A stretch of DNA of 63,874 bases, the filler included. It is 5 parts of 5 records of this genome, joined end to end, with 100 filler letters (N's around TTAATTAATTAA, not from the genome) between each part and the next. Parts side by side here need not be neighbours in the genome. Positions count along the whole stretch, not along the records: positions 15,939 to 31,727 come from DRR723986_4040; 4 more parts are not named here. One strand, written 5' to 3'. A model generated the notes under the pieces. That model did no database searches, was not told the origin of the DNA, and was given only the letters and a program-made list of their open reading frames with translations. The position numbers and the translations under genes were made by a program. Below, piece after piece: positions 16,190 through 25,714 of this stretch. Within the stretch, counting starts at the first letter, position 1. Each line of letters starts with the position of its first letter.

Positions 16190-18979
16190 TTAGTCTTTTT
16201 CGATGCGGAAGGTTTCCTGCAGGTCGTCGCACTCGGCAAAACGGAAGCTGTACTCGGCGGTTTTGTAGCCGTCCTTGCTAATCACGATCGTGTATGAACG
16301 TGGGGCGCAGAGGCCGTCAACAACGGCTTCACCATCGGCGTTGGTTTTGATTTCCTCTACCAGGTCGCCATTATAGTAAACCTTCACCGTTGCGTCTTCC
16401 AGCTTTTCTTCCGTGTCTTTGTCGATAACGATGTGTTTAAGAACTGCATCGCAGCATTCGCTGGATGTTAAGTCCACGGTAGCGTCGTTTTCCTTGTCGC
16501 AGATAACGTTTACGTCAACTTCGGCAGCTTTGTACCCTTCGCGCTGGATGAGCAGATTGTACTCGCCGGCACAGAGTTCGTCGAACTCAACAACACCGTC
16601 GCCATTTGTTTTACCTTCGGCAACAACACGGCCGCCTGCGCGGATTTTAACGGTAGCATTGGCCAGGGCGGATTCATCTGCGTCGTCGCGGACTTTAACA
16701 CGTAAAGTGTTGTCGCAGCACTCATCCTCTTTGGCTTCCAGCGTGCGTTCGATTGTTTTATCGTCGCCGCAGTCGAGCGTGACTTCAAATTCAATGCCCT
16801 CATAACCTTCGGCCAGAACACTGACGACGTAGTCGCCTTTGCAGAGGCCGTCAACAACGGCTGCGCCATCGGCGTTGGTGCGTGGATCTTCGATGACCTC
16901 ACGACCTTTCCAGATGTTAATTTTAGCGTCTTTAATCGGGTCGCCAGTTTCTTTGTCCGTGATTTTAAAGCGCAGGATCGCATCACAGCACTCTTCTTCT
17001 TTGGCTTCCATTGTGCGTTCGATCGTCTGATCTTTGTCACACTCAACTTCAACGATAAATTCCTGGACGTTGTAGCCTTCTTTGGCAATCCTGATTTCGT
17101 ATTTGCCTTCGCAGACTTCTTCAAAAGTCATGCTGCCGTCGCCGTTGCCGCGCGCTTCGCCATAGACTTTGCCTTCCCAACGCAGTACACCGCCGACGCC
17201 TTCGATTGCATTGCCGTCTTTATCCTTAACAATTACAGTGACGTTGTTGTCGCAGCATTCTTCTTCTTTTGGCGTTAACTCGCGTTCGATCGTTTTGTCA
17301 TCACCGCACTCGATTTTTACTTCGAGCTCAATGCCTTCATACCCTTCAGCTTCAACGGTAACAATATAGCCGCCTTCGCAGAGGCCATCAACGACAATTT
17401 TGCCTTCATCGTTTGTGCGTGGGTCTTCAATAACGCGGCGTTCGCGAATAATGTTAACCTTGGCATTTTTGATTGGCTCGCCAGTTTCCTTGTCCGTAAT
17501 TGTCATGCGCAGAATGCCGTCGCAGCATTCTTCTTCCTTGGCTTCCAGCTTGCGCTCTACCGTCAGGTCTTCACATTCAACTTCAATAATGAATTCCTGA
17601 ACATTATATCCTTCTTTAGCCAGGCGGATTTCATATTTGCCTTCGCAGACCTCTTCAAAGGTGATAGTACCGTCGGCGTTGCTGCGGCCTTCACCAAAGG
17701 CTTTGCCTTCCCAGCGCAGTACACCACCAACACCTTCAACGGCATTGCCGTCTTCGTCGGTGATTTTAACCGTGACGGTATTGTCACAGCACTCTTCTTC
17801 TTTGGCTTCGAGTTTGCGTTCTACCGTCAGGTCTTCACACTTGACTTCGATTTCAAACTCCTGGACTTCATATCCATCTTTGGCAAGACGAACTTCATAT
17901 TCGCCTTCGCAGATTTCGTCGAAAGTGACAGATCCGTCAGCGTTTGTTTTACCTTCACCAAAGACTTCGCGAAGTTTGCGCAGCACGGTTCCGACGTTCT
18001 CAAGGGGATTACCGTCTTTATCGGTGACTTTGATTGTGACGCTGTTATCACAGCATTTTTGTTCTTCTTTTTCGAGCTCTACTTCTACGGTCGCATCTTT
18101 ATCACATTCAACTTTGAACTCAACTTCCGTCAGCTCGTAGCCTTCGCGATCAACTTTGACGTCAAAATCACCTTCGCAGACTTCTTTGAACGTGACGGAA
18201 CCGTCGGCATTGGTCTGACCTTCCTGCAGGACTTTGCCGTCCTGACGCAGCCAAACATTGGCTTTTTCGACTGCATTGCCATCGCCGTCTTTTACGTTTA
18301 CGGTGACTTCATTATCACAGCAGTCATCGTCTTCCGGCTCCATCTTATACTTGAGTGTCAGTGTATCACAGGAGTCGAGCGAGAATTCTCTTTCGAGCGT
18401 GACGTATTTATCGAGCTGCATCAGGACGTCGTAGTCGCCGTCGCAGACATTTTCAAAGGTCACCTTGCCGTTGGCGTCGGTGGTCAGGGTCTTGAGGACG
18501 CTGCCATTTTCGCGTAGTTTGATTTCGACGTTTTCGAGGGCGCTGTCGCGATCTCCAGTTACGGCGCAGATTTCAATCACACCGCAGCAGAGTGAGTCGA
18601 GTTTGAGCAGGATGTCGCTACCATCTTTTTTGCTGCTGGAGTTGATGGTCTCACGTGCGTTCAGCACCACGGAGCCATAACTTTCGTGTGTGATTCTAAG
18701 GCTGACATTGTCGAGCGACTCAGGCATGTTTTCCAGCAGAAAAGCCCCGTTGCTGTCAGTCGTATCACTGTCTATCAGCGCGGAAGCTTCATCCAGCGCC
18801 TGCACTAAGGCGTTGGGCAGGCCGGCATCTCCGGCACCATTGACCGTCCCGGAAAGACTTTCAATGTTTGTACTGGGAGCCGTTGGGTTTTCATCATCAC
18901 AGGCTGTAACACTCAACATCAGGGTTGCTGTAAGGCACAGCAATCCCAAGCGGAAGTAAGGTAGGAATCCAGTTTGCAT
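16190..18979 (-). CDS. lipoprotein with 10 tandem carboxypeptidase-regulatory-like (prealbumin-fold) repeats, 9 with a conserved 4-Cys pattern
   Basis: lipobox LSVTA-C; ~89-aa repeats CCD...TNADG...(V/L/I)CxGxY...EGY...C; strongly acidic. Confidence 0.85.
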   Translation of the reverse strand: MQTGFLPYFRLGLLCLTATLMLSVTACDDENPTAPSTNIESLSGTVNGAGDAGLPNALVQALDEASALIDSDTTDSNGAFLLENMPESLDNVSLRITHESYGSVVLNARETINSSSKKDGSDILLKLDSLCCGVIEICAVTGDRDSALENVEIKLRENGSVLKTLTTDANGKVTFENVCDGDYDVLMQLDKYVTLEREFSLDSCDTLTLKYKMEPEDDDCCDNEVTVNVKDGDGNAVEKANVWLRQDGKVLQEGQTNADGSVTFKEVCEGDFDVKVDREGYELTEVEFKVECDKDATVEVELEKEEQKCCDNSVTIKVTDKDGNPLENVGTVLRKLREVFGEGKTNADGSVTFDEICEGEYEVRLAKDGYEVQEFEIEVKCEDLTVERKLEAKEEECCDNTVTVKITDEDGNAVEGVGGVLRWEGKAFGEGRSNADGTITFEEVCEGKYEIRLAKEGYNVQEFIIEVECEDLTVERKLEAKEEECCDGILRMTITDKETGEPIKNAKVNIIRERRVIEDPRTNDEGKIVVDGLCEGGYIVTVEAEGYEGIELEVKIECGDDKTIERELTPKEEECCDNNVTVIVKDKDGNAIEGVGGVLRWEGKVYGEARGNGDGSMTFEEVCEGKYEIRIAKEGYNVQEFIVEVECDKDQTIERTMEAKEEECCDAILRFKITDKETGDPIKDAKINIWKGREVIEDPRTNADGAAVVDGLCKGDYVVSVLAEGYEGIEFEVTLDCGDDKTIERTLEAKEDECCDNTLRVKVRDDADESALANATVKIRAGGRVVAEGKTNGDGVVEFDELCAGEYNLLIQREGYKAAEVDVNVICDKENDATVDLTSSECCDAVLKHIVIDKDTEEKLEDATVKVYYNGDLVEEIKTNADGEAVVDGLCAPRSYTIVISKDGYKTAEYSFRFAECDDLQETFRIEKD

Positions 18980-19372
18980 AGGATGTACTCGTATAAAATA
19001 GATGTGTGGATTATCAGAGTCGCTGAACAGTAGTTCCAGAAAATACTCGTGCTTGAGTATTTGTTACAGCCGCAGTGTGATTTTCCTTGCTTTTTGCTGA
19101 TTTTTTGTGTAAGGCGTTCTGCGCTGCATTTTTGCTTCACTCGCAGCCAAAGACTTCGTAGACAATAAATCGTTACAGTTTGAACTAACAATATAAAAAT
19201 AATGTGATTTTTTTACCTTATCGCTAGTTTTGGCAGCTTGAGGCAGATGGTCCATCAATAGGGTATTTGCGCGTGCCCTGCGGCACAATCGGACTTTCTC
19301 GCCGGTGATTGTGTATATTTGTTCTGCCCGCTTGTTCCGCGAATTCCGAGATTTATAGAGGTCATTTGTATT

Positions 19373-20005
19373 ATGCGATTCACTTCAGTTCGTTTTTTTG
19401 TCAATCTTGCGGCCTACGCCTTTGGTATGGCTTGTATTCTTTTGGCGTCGGCATGTTCTTCCACCGAGGAGCCGGCGGCGAGCACGGAGCTGATCCCTCT
19501 GGCTGTTGGAAATTACTGGGTATTTGAAACTTCAACGATTCAGGACGACGGAAGCGTCAACGACCGCCGTCTGGATACAATGAGTGTGGTTGGTAGCCGC
19601 CAGGTTGACTCCAAGGACAAACAGGCAAGCACCTGGTACGAAGTCTACGGTTTTATGGTCAAGGACACGATTCTGCTACAGAGCCGCGAGAACGGCTTGT
19701 GGATGATCGATAAAATGGGCCGTGAGGTGCATTATTATCGCACAGATTTGGAGCTTGGCGGTCGTTACACGCGTCCACCGTCCTTTAATATCGTCGTTAA
19801 GGACACAACTGCTACGGTCAATACGGCGGCGGGCAAGTTCACGGGTTTGCTGTTTGAGGAGCGCTTTGGGAATGCACCGTCTTCGACATCTTACTACTTT
19901 GCGCCGGGCATTGGTCTGGTAGAGTGGGTTGCATCCAGTGTGATGATGACGAATGGTCAGGACGGATCGGTGCGCACAACGCTGATCGAGACGAATCTCC
20001 ACTAG
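19373..20005 (+). CDS. hypothetical lipoprotein
   Basis: lipobox LASA-C; PLAVGNYWVF, VNTAAGKF and YFAPGIGLVE motifs typical of a beta-rich Bacteroidota lipoprotein family. Confidence 0.8.
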   Translation: MRFTSVRFFVNLAAYAFGMACILLASACSSTEEPAASTELIPLAVGNYWVFETSTIQDDGSVNDRRLDTMSVVGSRQVDSKDKQASTWYEVYGFMVKDTILLQSRENGLWMIDKMGREVHYYRTDLELGGRYTRPPSFNIVVKDTTATVNTAAGKFTGLLFEERFGNAPSSTSYYFAPGIGLVEWVASSVMMTNGQDGSVRTTLIETNLH

Positions 20006-20069
20006 CGGCGGTTTAGGCTTGGCACTTTAGGTGCAATCGATGTTATGGGGTATTGCTCATGCAATTTTG

Positions 20070-20105
20070 GCCGGAAGCCTTGGGGTTTTCGGCTTTTTTG
20101 TTTTT
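20070..20105 (+). terminator. rho-independent terminator
   Basis: GCCGGAAGCC-TTGG-GGTTTTCGGC followed by a T run. Confidence 0.8.
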
Positions 20106-20147
20106 GGGCGGATGGGTGGCTTTTGATTCTTAGGTCTGGGTGAAAAT

Positions 20148-20188
20148 ACAGCTGTTAGTCTAAGGCTGTTAGCTTAAGGCTCACAGCT
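20148..20188. repeat. palindromic repeat of GCTGTTAGCYTAAG units, copy A
   Basis: ACAGCTGTTAGTCTAAGGCTGTTAGCTTAAGGCTCACAGCT. Confidence 0.8.
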
Positions 20189-20290
20189 ATATTTCTGGGG
20201 TCGTTTGACTTCGGATTTTTGGATTTTAGGCTGATCGCTTTGAGCTGCCTCCGCACCTTGGCTTGCGCCTGCGTTATCTTTGGCATCTCA

Positions 20291-20320
20291 GGCTTTTTGA
20301 TTTTCTTGTTAGTCATTGGG
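20291..20320 (-). repeat. dispersed intergenic repeat, copy 2
   Basis: minus strand reads CCCAATGACTAACAAGAAAATCAAAAAGCC. Confidence 0.55.
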
Positions 20321-20493
20321 ATTACATCCCGCAGAATTTGAGCTGCCAGGTTTTTTGCCTCAGTCCTTAGCGTCCGACAGCCGAGTATTTTGCTTCAGTC
20401 CGTTGTTGCTCAAGGCTGAAGGAATGCTCGAGGCTCTTTGTGCAGTTCAGTTATAAAACGAAGAAGTCGAATGGTTTCAAACGACAAAAAAAC

Positions 20494-20546
20494 AGCTGTT
20501 AGCCTAAGGCTGTTAGCTTAAGGCTAACAGCCTTAGGCTAACAGCT
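20494..20546. repeat. 53-nt inverted repeat (perfect 24-bp arms, 5-nt loop), copy B
   Basis: AGCTGTTAGCCTAAGGCTGTTAGC-TTAAG-GCTAACAGCCTTAGGCTAACAGCT. Confidence 0.9.
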
Positions 20547-20588
20547 CATTCCGAAAGGACTCTGACCTCAGAGAATTCAGGCTTTGCT

Positions 20589-20619
20589 CCCAAAAACTAA
20601 CAAAAACAAAAAGCCAGCC
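20589..20619 (+). repeat. dispersed intergenic repeat, copy 3
   Basis: CCCAAAAACTAACAAAAACAAAAAGCCAGCC. Confidence 0.7.
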
Positions 20620-20721
20620 ACAAAACGAAGTGCAGGGGCGCAGTGATCTTATCAGAAGTTCACGGAGAATATCGAGGTGAAATTGCGTGCGCTTTTGGGT
20701 TAAAACCGAACAGGATAGTTT

Positions 20722-20759
20722 AAAACACAACAGCCCCTCCTGAAGGACAGGAGAGGCTG
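20722..20759 (-). terminator. probable rho-independent terminator of the T9SS substrate gene
   Basis: CAGCCCCTCCTG-AAGGA-CAGGAGAGGCTG stem; followed on the minus strand by TTGTGTTTT. Confidence 0.6.
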
Positions 20760-20806
20760 CGTAATTACACCTTAAGTGTTAAACACTTAAACATCGCACA
20801 AAACGA

Positions 20807-23800
20807 TTAACGCTGCTTGATGACCTTAAGACGCTGAGAATTGCTCAGGCCATTAAGTTGGATGAAGTACACGCCGTCAGCCGCTTCGCCAATGTTTAAG
20901 TTAACACGGCTGCGCTGACCGGAGACAGCCTGGACTTCCTGCGACTGAATCACGTTGCCGAGCGAGTTAATAATGTCGATGCGTACGATTCCACTGTTTT
21001 GTGGTGTATAACTAACCACAAGCAGATCGCTGGTTGGATTCGGGTAGACGCTGAAGCTGGCATTGCCAATTACATCGTCAACACTGGTTGAAATAAAGTT
21101 GTACGAATCCGAACGTGCGGTACAGCCATTGCCGCCATCGTTGGTAATCTCTACCGAGTATACACCTTCAACGGTTGGCGAATAACGCTGGCCGGTGGCA
21201 CCCTCAATTAACTGACCCTCAAAGTACCACTGATAGGAGTCGGCGGCAGAAGATACCAGTTCGTTTTCTTCCTGCGTGATCGTTGGTTGCGCCGGAGCGT
21301 CAAGGCGCTCTACCGTAACGGTAGCTGAGACTGCCGAACAACCATTGAGATCCGTGACTTCAACAAAGTACTGACCCGGCTGGTTAACAACAATGCTACG
21401 CGAACGTGCATCGTTGGACCAACGGAAAGAGTCAAAGTTACCGGCGTCGAGTTTAATAACTTCGCCAGGGCAAATAAAGACTGTGGAGCCAACCGGCAAG
21501 CCGGTGCCATCATTAACAATTTCGGGTTCGGGCAGCAGCGTCACCTGTGTTGAAATCGTAGCGACGGCTGTACAGCCACGCTCGTCGGTAGCCGTTACTG
21601 TCCATTCACCTTCGGTGTCAACTTCAATAGCCTGGGACTCATCTCCGGTTGACCATTGGTAGGAGACAAATCCACCGGAAGCGATAAGTTGGACTGACTC
21701 TCCATCACACAAACGCGTTGGGCGGGAGGCGCCGATGCGCAGGTCAGGATTACAAACAAACCAGCGCGCCAGATTGCGTGAAGGTTTATCACCGGCAAGT
21801 GTAAACTCACCACCGGCAAAAACATTATCGTCTGTGGCAATGACTGCGCGGCCCGGGCCGTTAAGTCCGCTGCCAAAGTTAACCCAGCCGTTTCCGGTCC
21901 AGCGTGCAATATTATGTGCGTCAACTGAGCCGGCGCCGTCGAATTCACCAACGACGACCAGGTCGTCATCATCTACAACAACTTTGTGGCCACGGCCTTC
22001 AAGTCCGGTGCCGAGTCCAGTCCAGTTACGGCCTGTCCAGCGTGCGATCCCGTTAATGTTAACACCGTCAACCTGCGCAAATTGCCCTACGATGTAGATT
22101 TCTTCATTGCGGATAGCAACGCCGCTAATCAGGCCATCGGCATTTGGATCGAAGCTGACCCAGGACTCGTCGTCCGTGCGGAAGGCGGCAACACCACCTA
22201 CGCTGGGCACAATGCCGGCGGTTTCAAACCAGCCGACAACAACGAGGCGTCCGGAACCAAACTCCATGTCCGTGACGCGATTGTCAACACCACCCGCAAG
22301 TGGAATCCAGTTGTCAACGCCATTCCAGCGTGCTACGCGGTTTGCAGTTGTATTACCGGCAATGTTAAAGTCACCACCGGCATAAATAGTTGGACCGTCA
22401 AGCTCAATTGAGTAGACGGTGTTGTCCATCCCGGCTCCGAGCGGCGACCAGCGCTGACCATCCCAGCATGCGATGCGATTTGCGTTCGTGACGCCCGCCA
22501 TCGTGAAGTCACCACCAGCGTAGATGCGTCCGTCCGGGCCAACAGCGACGTCAAAGACTTCGCCGTTGAGGCCTCCGTTGAGGTCGTACCAGGTCTGGCC
22601 ATCCCAGCGTGCGATATTGGTCGCATCGAGCGTGCCGGCGAGCGAGAAACGTCCGGCAACCACCAGGTCACCATTCACAAGCTGAACCATGCTGTTAATG
22701 CGGCCATCGACGCTGTTGTTGTTTAGCGGGGAGAGCGTGAAAAAGCTGGAGCCATTCCAGCGTGTGATGCTGGCGGCAGGTTTGGTACCGGCGAGCGAGA
22801 AGTCACCGGCAAAGAGTTGTTCGGTTTCATTGAGGATCAAAATCGAGCGCACGCGGCTGTTGACGCCACGGCCCAGGCCGGCTACTGTTGGGTTTGCGCC
22901 CAAAGCGATTCTGGCGATGCGTGAGTGCTCATTGCCGTCCAGCATGCTGAAGTCACCGCCAACAAAGAGGCGGTTGTCACTCTGCAGGCGCAGCGCACGC
23001 ACGGGAAGGTCGGCGTCGATTTCAATACTTGCCCAGGTGCTGGTCGTAAATTCGTAGAGTGCCAGGTTGAGTGAAGCTTCACTGCCGGCAGTTTCAAAAT
23101 CACCGCCAACCCAAAGGCCTTCGCTCGTCGATTCCAGAGCGAAGATACGCGTGTTGGGTGATTCTTTGGTGACGCCACCTGCAAGTCCGGTCCATTCACC
23201 ATTTTCAAACATGGCGATATTGTTGACCGGCAGTTCGTGAGCGCGCCCGAAGGATCCACCAACGTAAATGCGCTCACCAACAATTTCAATTGCATATGCA
23301 GTTTCGTCGGCACCAAACAGGCCGGAAGCCATAGGCTGCCAGCGCGCACCGTCCCACATAGCAACATTGTTGGCATTTACACCGCCTGCGGCGATGAAGT
23401 TACCACCGGCGACGAGTTCATTGCCTTTGCGCTCAAGCGCATAGACCGGACCACTCATTCCGGTGCCCATTGCGCGCCAACGGGTTTGGCCCGTCCAGTT
23501 CGCAACGTTGGCTGCCGGAGCACCATCAACGGTTGTGAATTCGCCGGCGGCGAATACTTCGAGTCCAATGGTTGTAATAGCGTAGACTGGGCCGTTTGTA
23601 CCGCGTCCCAGCGTTGACCAGGAGCTTCCGTCCCACATGGCAATGTTGTTGGCAGGGATACCACTGACGGTGGTAAAGTCACCACCGACAAAGATGTTAC
23701 CTTCGCTATCCTGTTCCATGGCATAGACATCGCCATCAACACCGGCTACGGTAAACACTTCTTCCCAGAACAAGTCGCTATTGTTTTCGCCGTCCAGAAC

Positions 23801-23932
23801 GACGTCTCCGGATGATTTGCCGGGTGTCTGTGCCGGAAGTGTCGAAGTCGTAAAGATGCATGCCATCAGAATTACGAGTGGCAAACACCAATACCCCAAT
23901 ACGCGAGTGAGCTTCATTGTAGCAGTCTCCAT
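20807..23932 (-). CDS. T9SS type A sorting-domain protein: 14 propeller-blade repeats, three Ig-like domains, CTD
   Basis: signal peptide; 14 repeats of NGxVxA...YxGGxFxxAG...IARWDG...W; YQWSTG/FRWSN/YQWYF Ig-like units; C-terminal VYPNPT...GVYFIQL...KVIK. Confidence 0.88.
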   Translation of the reverse strand: METATMKLTRVLGYWCLPLVILMACIFTTSTLPAQTPGKSSGDVVLDGENNSDLFWEEVFTVAGVDGDVYAMEQDSEGNIFVGGDFTTVSGIPANNIAMWDGSSWSTLGRGTNGPVYAITTIGLEVFAAGEFTTVDGAPAANVANWTGQTRWRAMGTGMSGPVYALERKGNELVAGGNFIAAGGVNANNVAMWDGARWQPMASGLFGADETAYAIEIVGERIYVGGSFGRAHELPVNNIAMFENGEWTGLAGGVTKESPNTRIFALESTSEGLWVGGDFETAGSEASLNLALYEFTTSTWASIEIDADLPVRALRLQSDNRLFVGGDFSMLDGNEHSRIARIALGANPTVAGLGRGVNSRVRSILILNETEQLFAGDFSLAGTKPAASITRWNGSSFFTLSPLNNNSVDGRINSMVQLVNGDLVVAGRFSLAGTLDATNIARWDGQTWYDLNGGLNGEVFDVAVGPDGRIYAGGDFTMAGVTNANRIACWDGQRWSPLGAGMDNTVYSIELDGPTIYAGGDFNIAGNTTANRVARWNGVDNWIPLAGGVDNRVTDMEFGSGRLVVVGWFETAGIVPSVGGVAAFRTDDESWVSFDPNADGLISGVAIRNEEIYIVGQFAQVDGVNINGIARWTGRNWTGLGTGLEGRGHKVVVDDDDLVVVGEFDGAGSVDAHNIARWTGNGWVNFGSGLNGPGRAVIATDDNVFAGGEFTLAGDKPSRNLARWFVCNPDLRIGASRPTRLCDGESVQLIASGGFVSYQWSTGDESQAIEVDTEGEWTVTATDERGCTAVATISTQVTLLPEPEIVNDGTGLPVGSTVFICPGEVIKLDAGNFDSFRWSNDARSRSIVVNQPGQYFVEVTDLNGCSAVSATVTVERLDAPAQPTITQEENELVSSAADSYQWYFEGQLIEGATGQRYSPTVEGVYSVEITNDGGNGCTARSDSYNFISTSVDDVIGNASFSVYPNPTSDLLVVSYTPQNSGIVRIDIINSLGNVIQSQEVQAVSGQRSRVNLNIGEAADGVYFIQLNGLSNSQRLKVIKQR

Positions 23933-24192
23933 ATAGAACAATCTTTTTTTGGCTGTGTACAAGGCACTAATTGACTTTGACTCGCGAATGCGTGCGAAGT
24001 CACGGCATTTCTGCGGAACTATCTAACAGAAATGCACGCAGAATCAACCTGAAGTCAGGTCAATGCCGGGTAAGTGCCTGTTGACGATCAAGTCGCAAAC
24101 ATATGTTTATAGCATAAGCTGCGGCGGTGTTACAGGCTGATTTATTTGGCGGTGTGGATTTGAGGGGAGTAATCCACGGCGATCGAATGTGC

Positions 24193-25557
24193 TTATGACG
24201 AAAGTTCGACGCCTTTATACGCTTGCATATGTTCGTGAATTGTAGCTTCAAATGCGGGGGAGTCCCAGATTCGAGCGATGTCGTCTGCATGCATTAGCGT
24301 TTCCAGCAGCGCGTCCTGCTGTTTGCTTTCAGCAAGCGCGTCACTGTATGGAATGTTCGAGAATGAGACGATCGAGTAAACCGGTAGAAATCGTGAAGGA
24401 TACAGATCCTGGATTTTGCGTTCAATTTTTTTGCGGAGCAGGAAACGCGCGTCGCCTACCAGGTCGCGCATCTCAACAAAGTTGCGCAGGGCCAGGTCGG
24501 CAATTGCATTGCCGTTAGGTACGCGCTCGGCGGAGTATGCCGTCAGTGCTGATGCCCAGTCATCGTTATGTGCATCCAGCATCTTGTCGAGGACTACACA
24601 ATCTTCGAATCCCGCGTTCATTCCCTGACCATAAAAAGGCACAATCGCGTGTGCGGCGTCACCCATCAATCCGATGTTGCCGCGTACCCACGGCGAACTG
24701 CGCACCGTGACTAAGGACGAAGTTGGATTGGCTTTAAAGTCTTCAAGCAAGGTCGGCATCAACGGCACGGCGTCTGCAAAGGTTTCCTCAAAGAACTTCT
24801 GGACGTCCTTTTCAGTCTGGAGTGATGCAAAAGAGGTTGCGCCTTCAAATGGCAGGAAGAGTGTGCAAGTAAAACTGCCATCGGGATTGGGCAGGGCAAT
24901 CATCATGAAGTTGCCGCGCGGCCAGATGTGCAGCGCATTGGCATCCAGCCTGAAACCACCATCCGCCGTTGGCGGAATGTGGAGTTCTTTGTAGCCGTGT
25001 TCCAGATAACTCTGTGAATAGTTAAAGCGGTCAGTTTTCTGGAGGCGCCCACGCACGGCTGAAAACGCGCCGTCGCTGCCAAGCAGAACTTCATTCTTAA
25101 CACTGAAGTTTTCGTGCGATTCGGCGTCAGTGAAGTGCGCCGCGCCGCTCTCCAGGTCGATGTCCTGGCAGACGGCGTTAAAGCGAATATCAACATTCTT
25201 GGTGTGCTCGGCCTGGTCCAGCAGCGCCATGTTGAGGCCACCGCGCGAGACGGAGTAGATCGCCTGGTCTTCGAGTCCATAGGCCTGAAATGTCAGGGTG
25301 CCGTCGGCGGCGTGCATTACGCGGCCTTTCATCGGGATGGCGTCCTTGCGGATCGTCTGATCGATTCCGGCGCGCTCCAGCGCCGTCCAGCCGCGTGTGG
25401 ACATCGCCAGGTTGATCGAGCGTCCGGCGCTCATGGAGAGTTTACGCATGTCGCCACGACGTTCAAGAAGTGTGACGTTCATTCCGCGACGTGCGAGCAA
25501 AACTGACATCAGGGAGCCGACAAGGCCCGCGCCTACCATTGTTACGTTTGTTGACAC
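24193..25557 (-). CDS. kmo: kynurenine 3-monooxygenase
   Basis: GAGLVG, GRSINLAMSTRG, DGAFSAVR, HGYKEL, ALHIWPRG, GDAAHAIVPFYGQGMNAGFEDC. Confidence 0.95.
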   Translation of the reverse strand: MSTNVTMVGAGLVGSLMSVLLARRGMNVTLLERRGDMRKLSMSAGRSINLAMSTRGWTALERAGIDQTIRKDAIPMKGRVMHAADGTLTFQAYGLEDQAIYSVSRGGLNMALLDQAEHTKNVDIRFNAVCQDIDLESGAAHFTDAESHENFSVKNEVLLGSDGAFSAVRGRLQKTDRFNYSQSYLEHGYKELHIPPTADGGFRLDANALHIWPRGNFMMIALPNPDGSFTCTLFLPFEGATSFASLQTEKDVQKFFEETFADAVPLMPTLLEDFKANPTSSLVTVRSSPWVRGNIGLMGDAAHAIVPFYGQGMNAGFEDCVVLDKMLDAHNDDWASALTAYSAERVPNGNAIADLALRNFVEMRDLVGDARFLLRKKIERKIQDLYPSRFLPVYSIVSFSNIPYSDALAESKQQDALLETLMHADDIARIWDSPAFEATIHEHMQAYKGVELSS

Positions 25558-25714
25558 TCAGGCCCTCACTACACTTGCTGTTGCTAAAATCAACCTGTCA
25601 ATACGCCAAACACGGATAATCATGACGAGCATCTAGACGCAGGCGTCGCTCGATCCTTGCACGAATCCGGACGGTAAATTGACTGAAATCACTATTTCTT
25701 TGCGTGCTGAAAAT

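Noticed and set aside
20148-20546. Possible CRISPR array or integron attC sites
   Set aside because: Units are abutting and inverted with no unique spacers; no cas or integrase gene in the contig.
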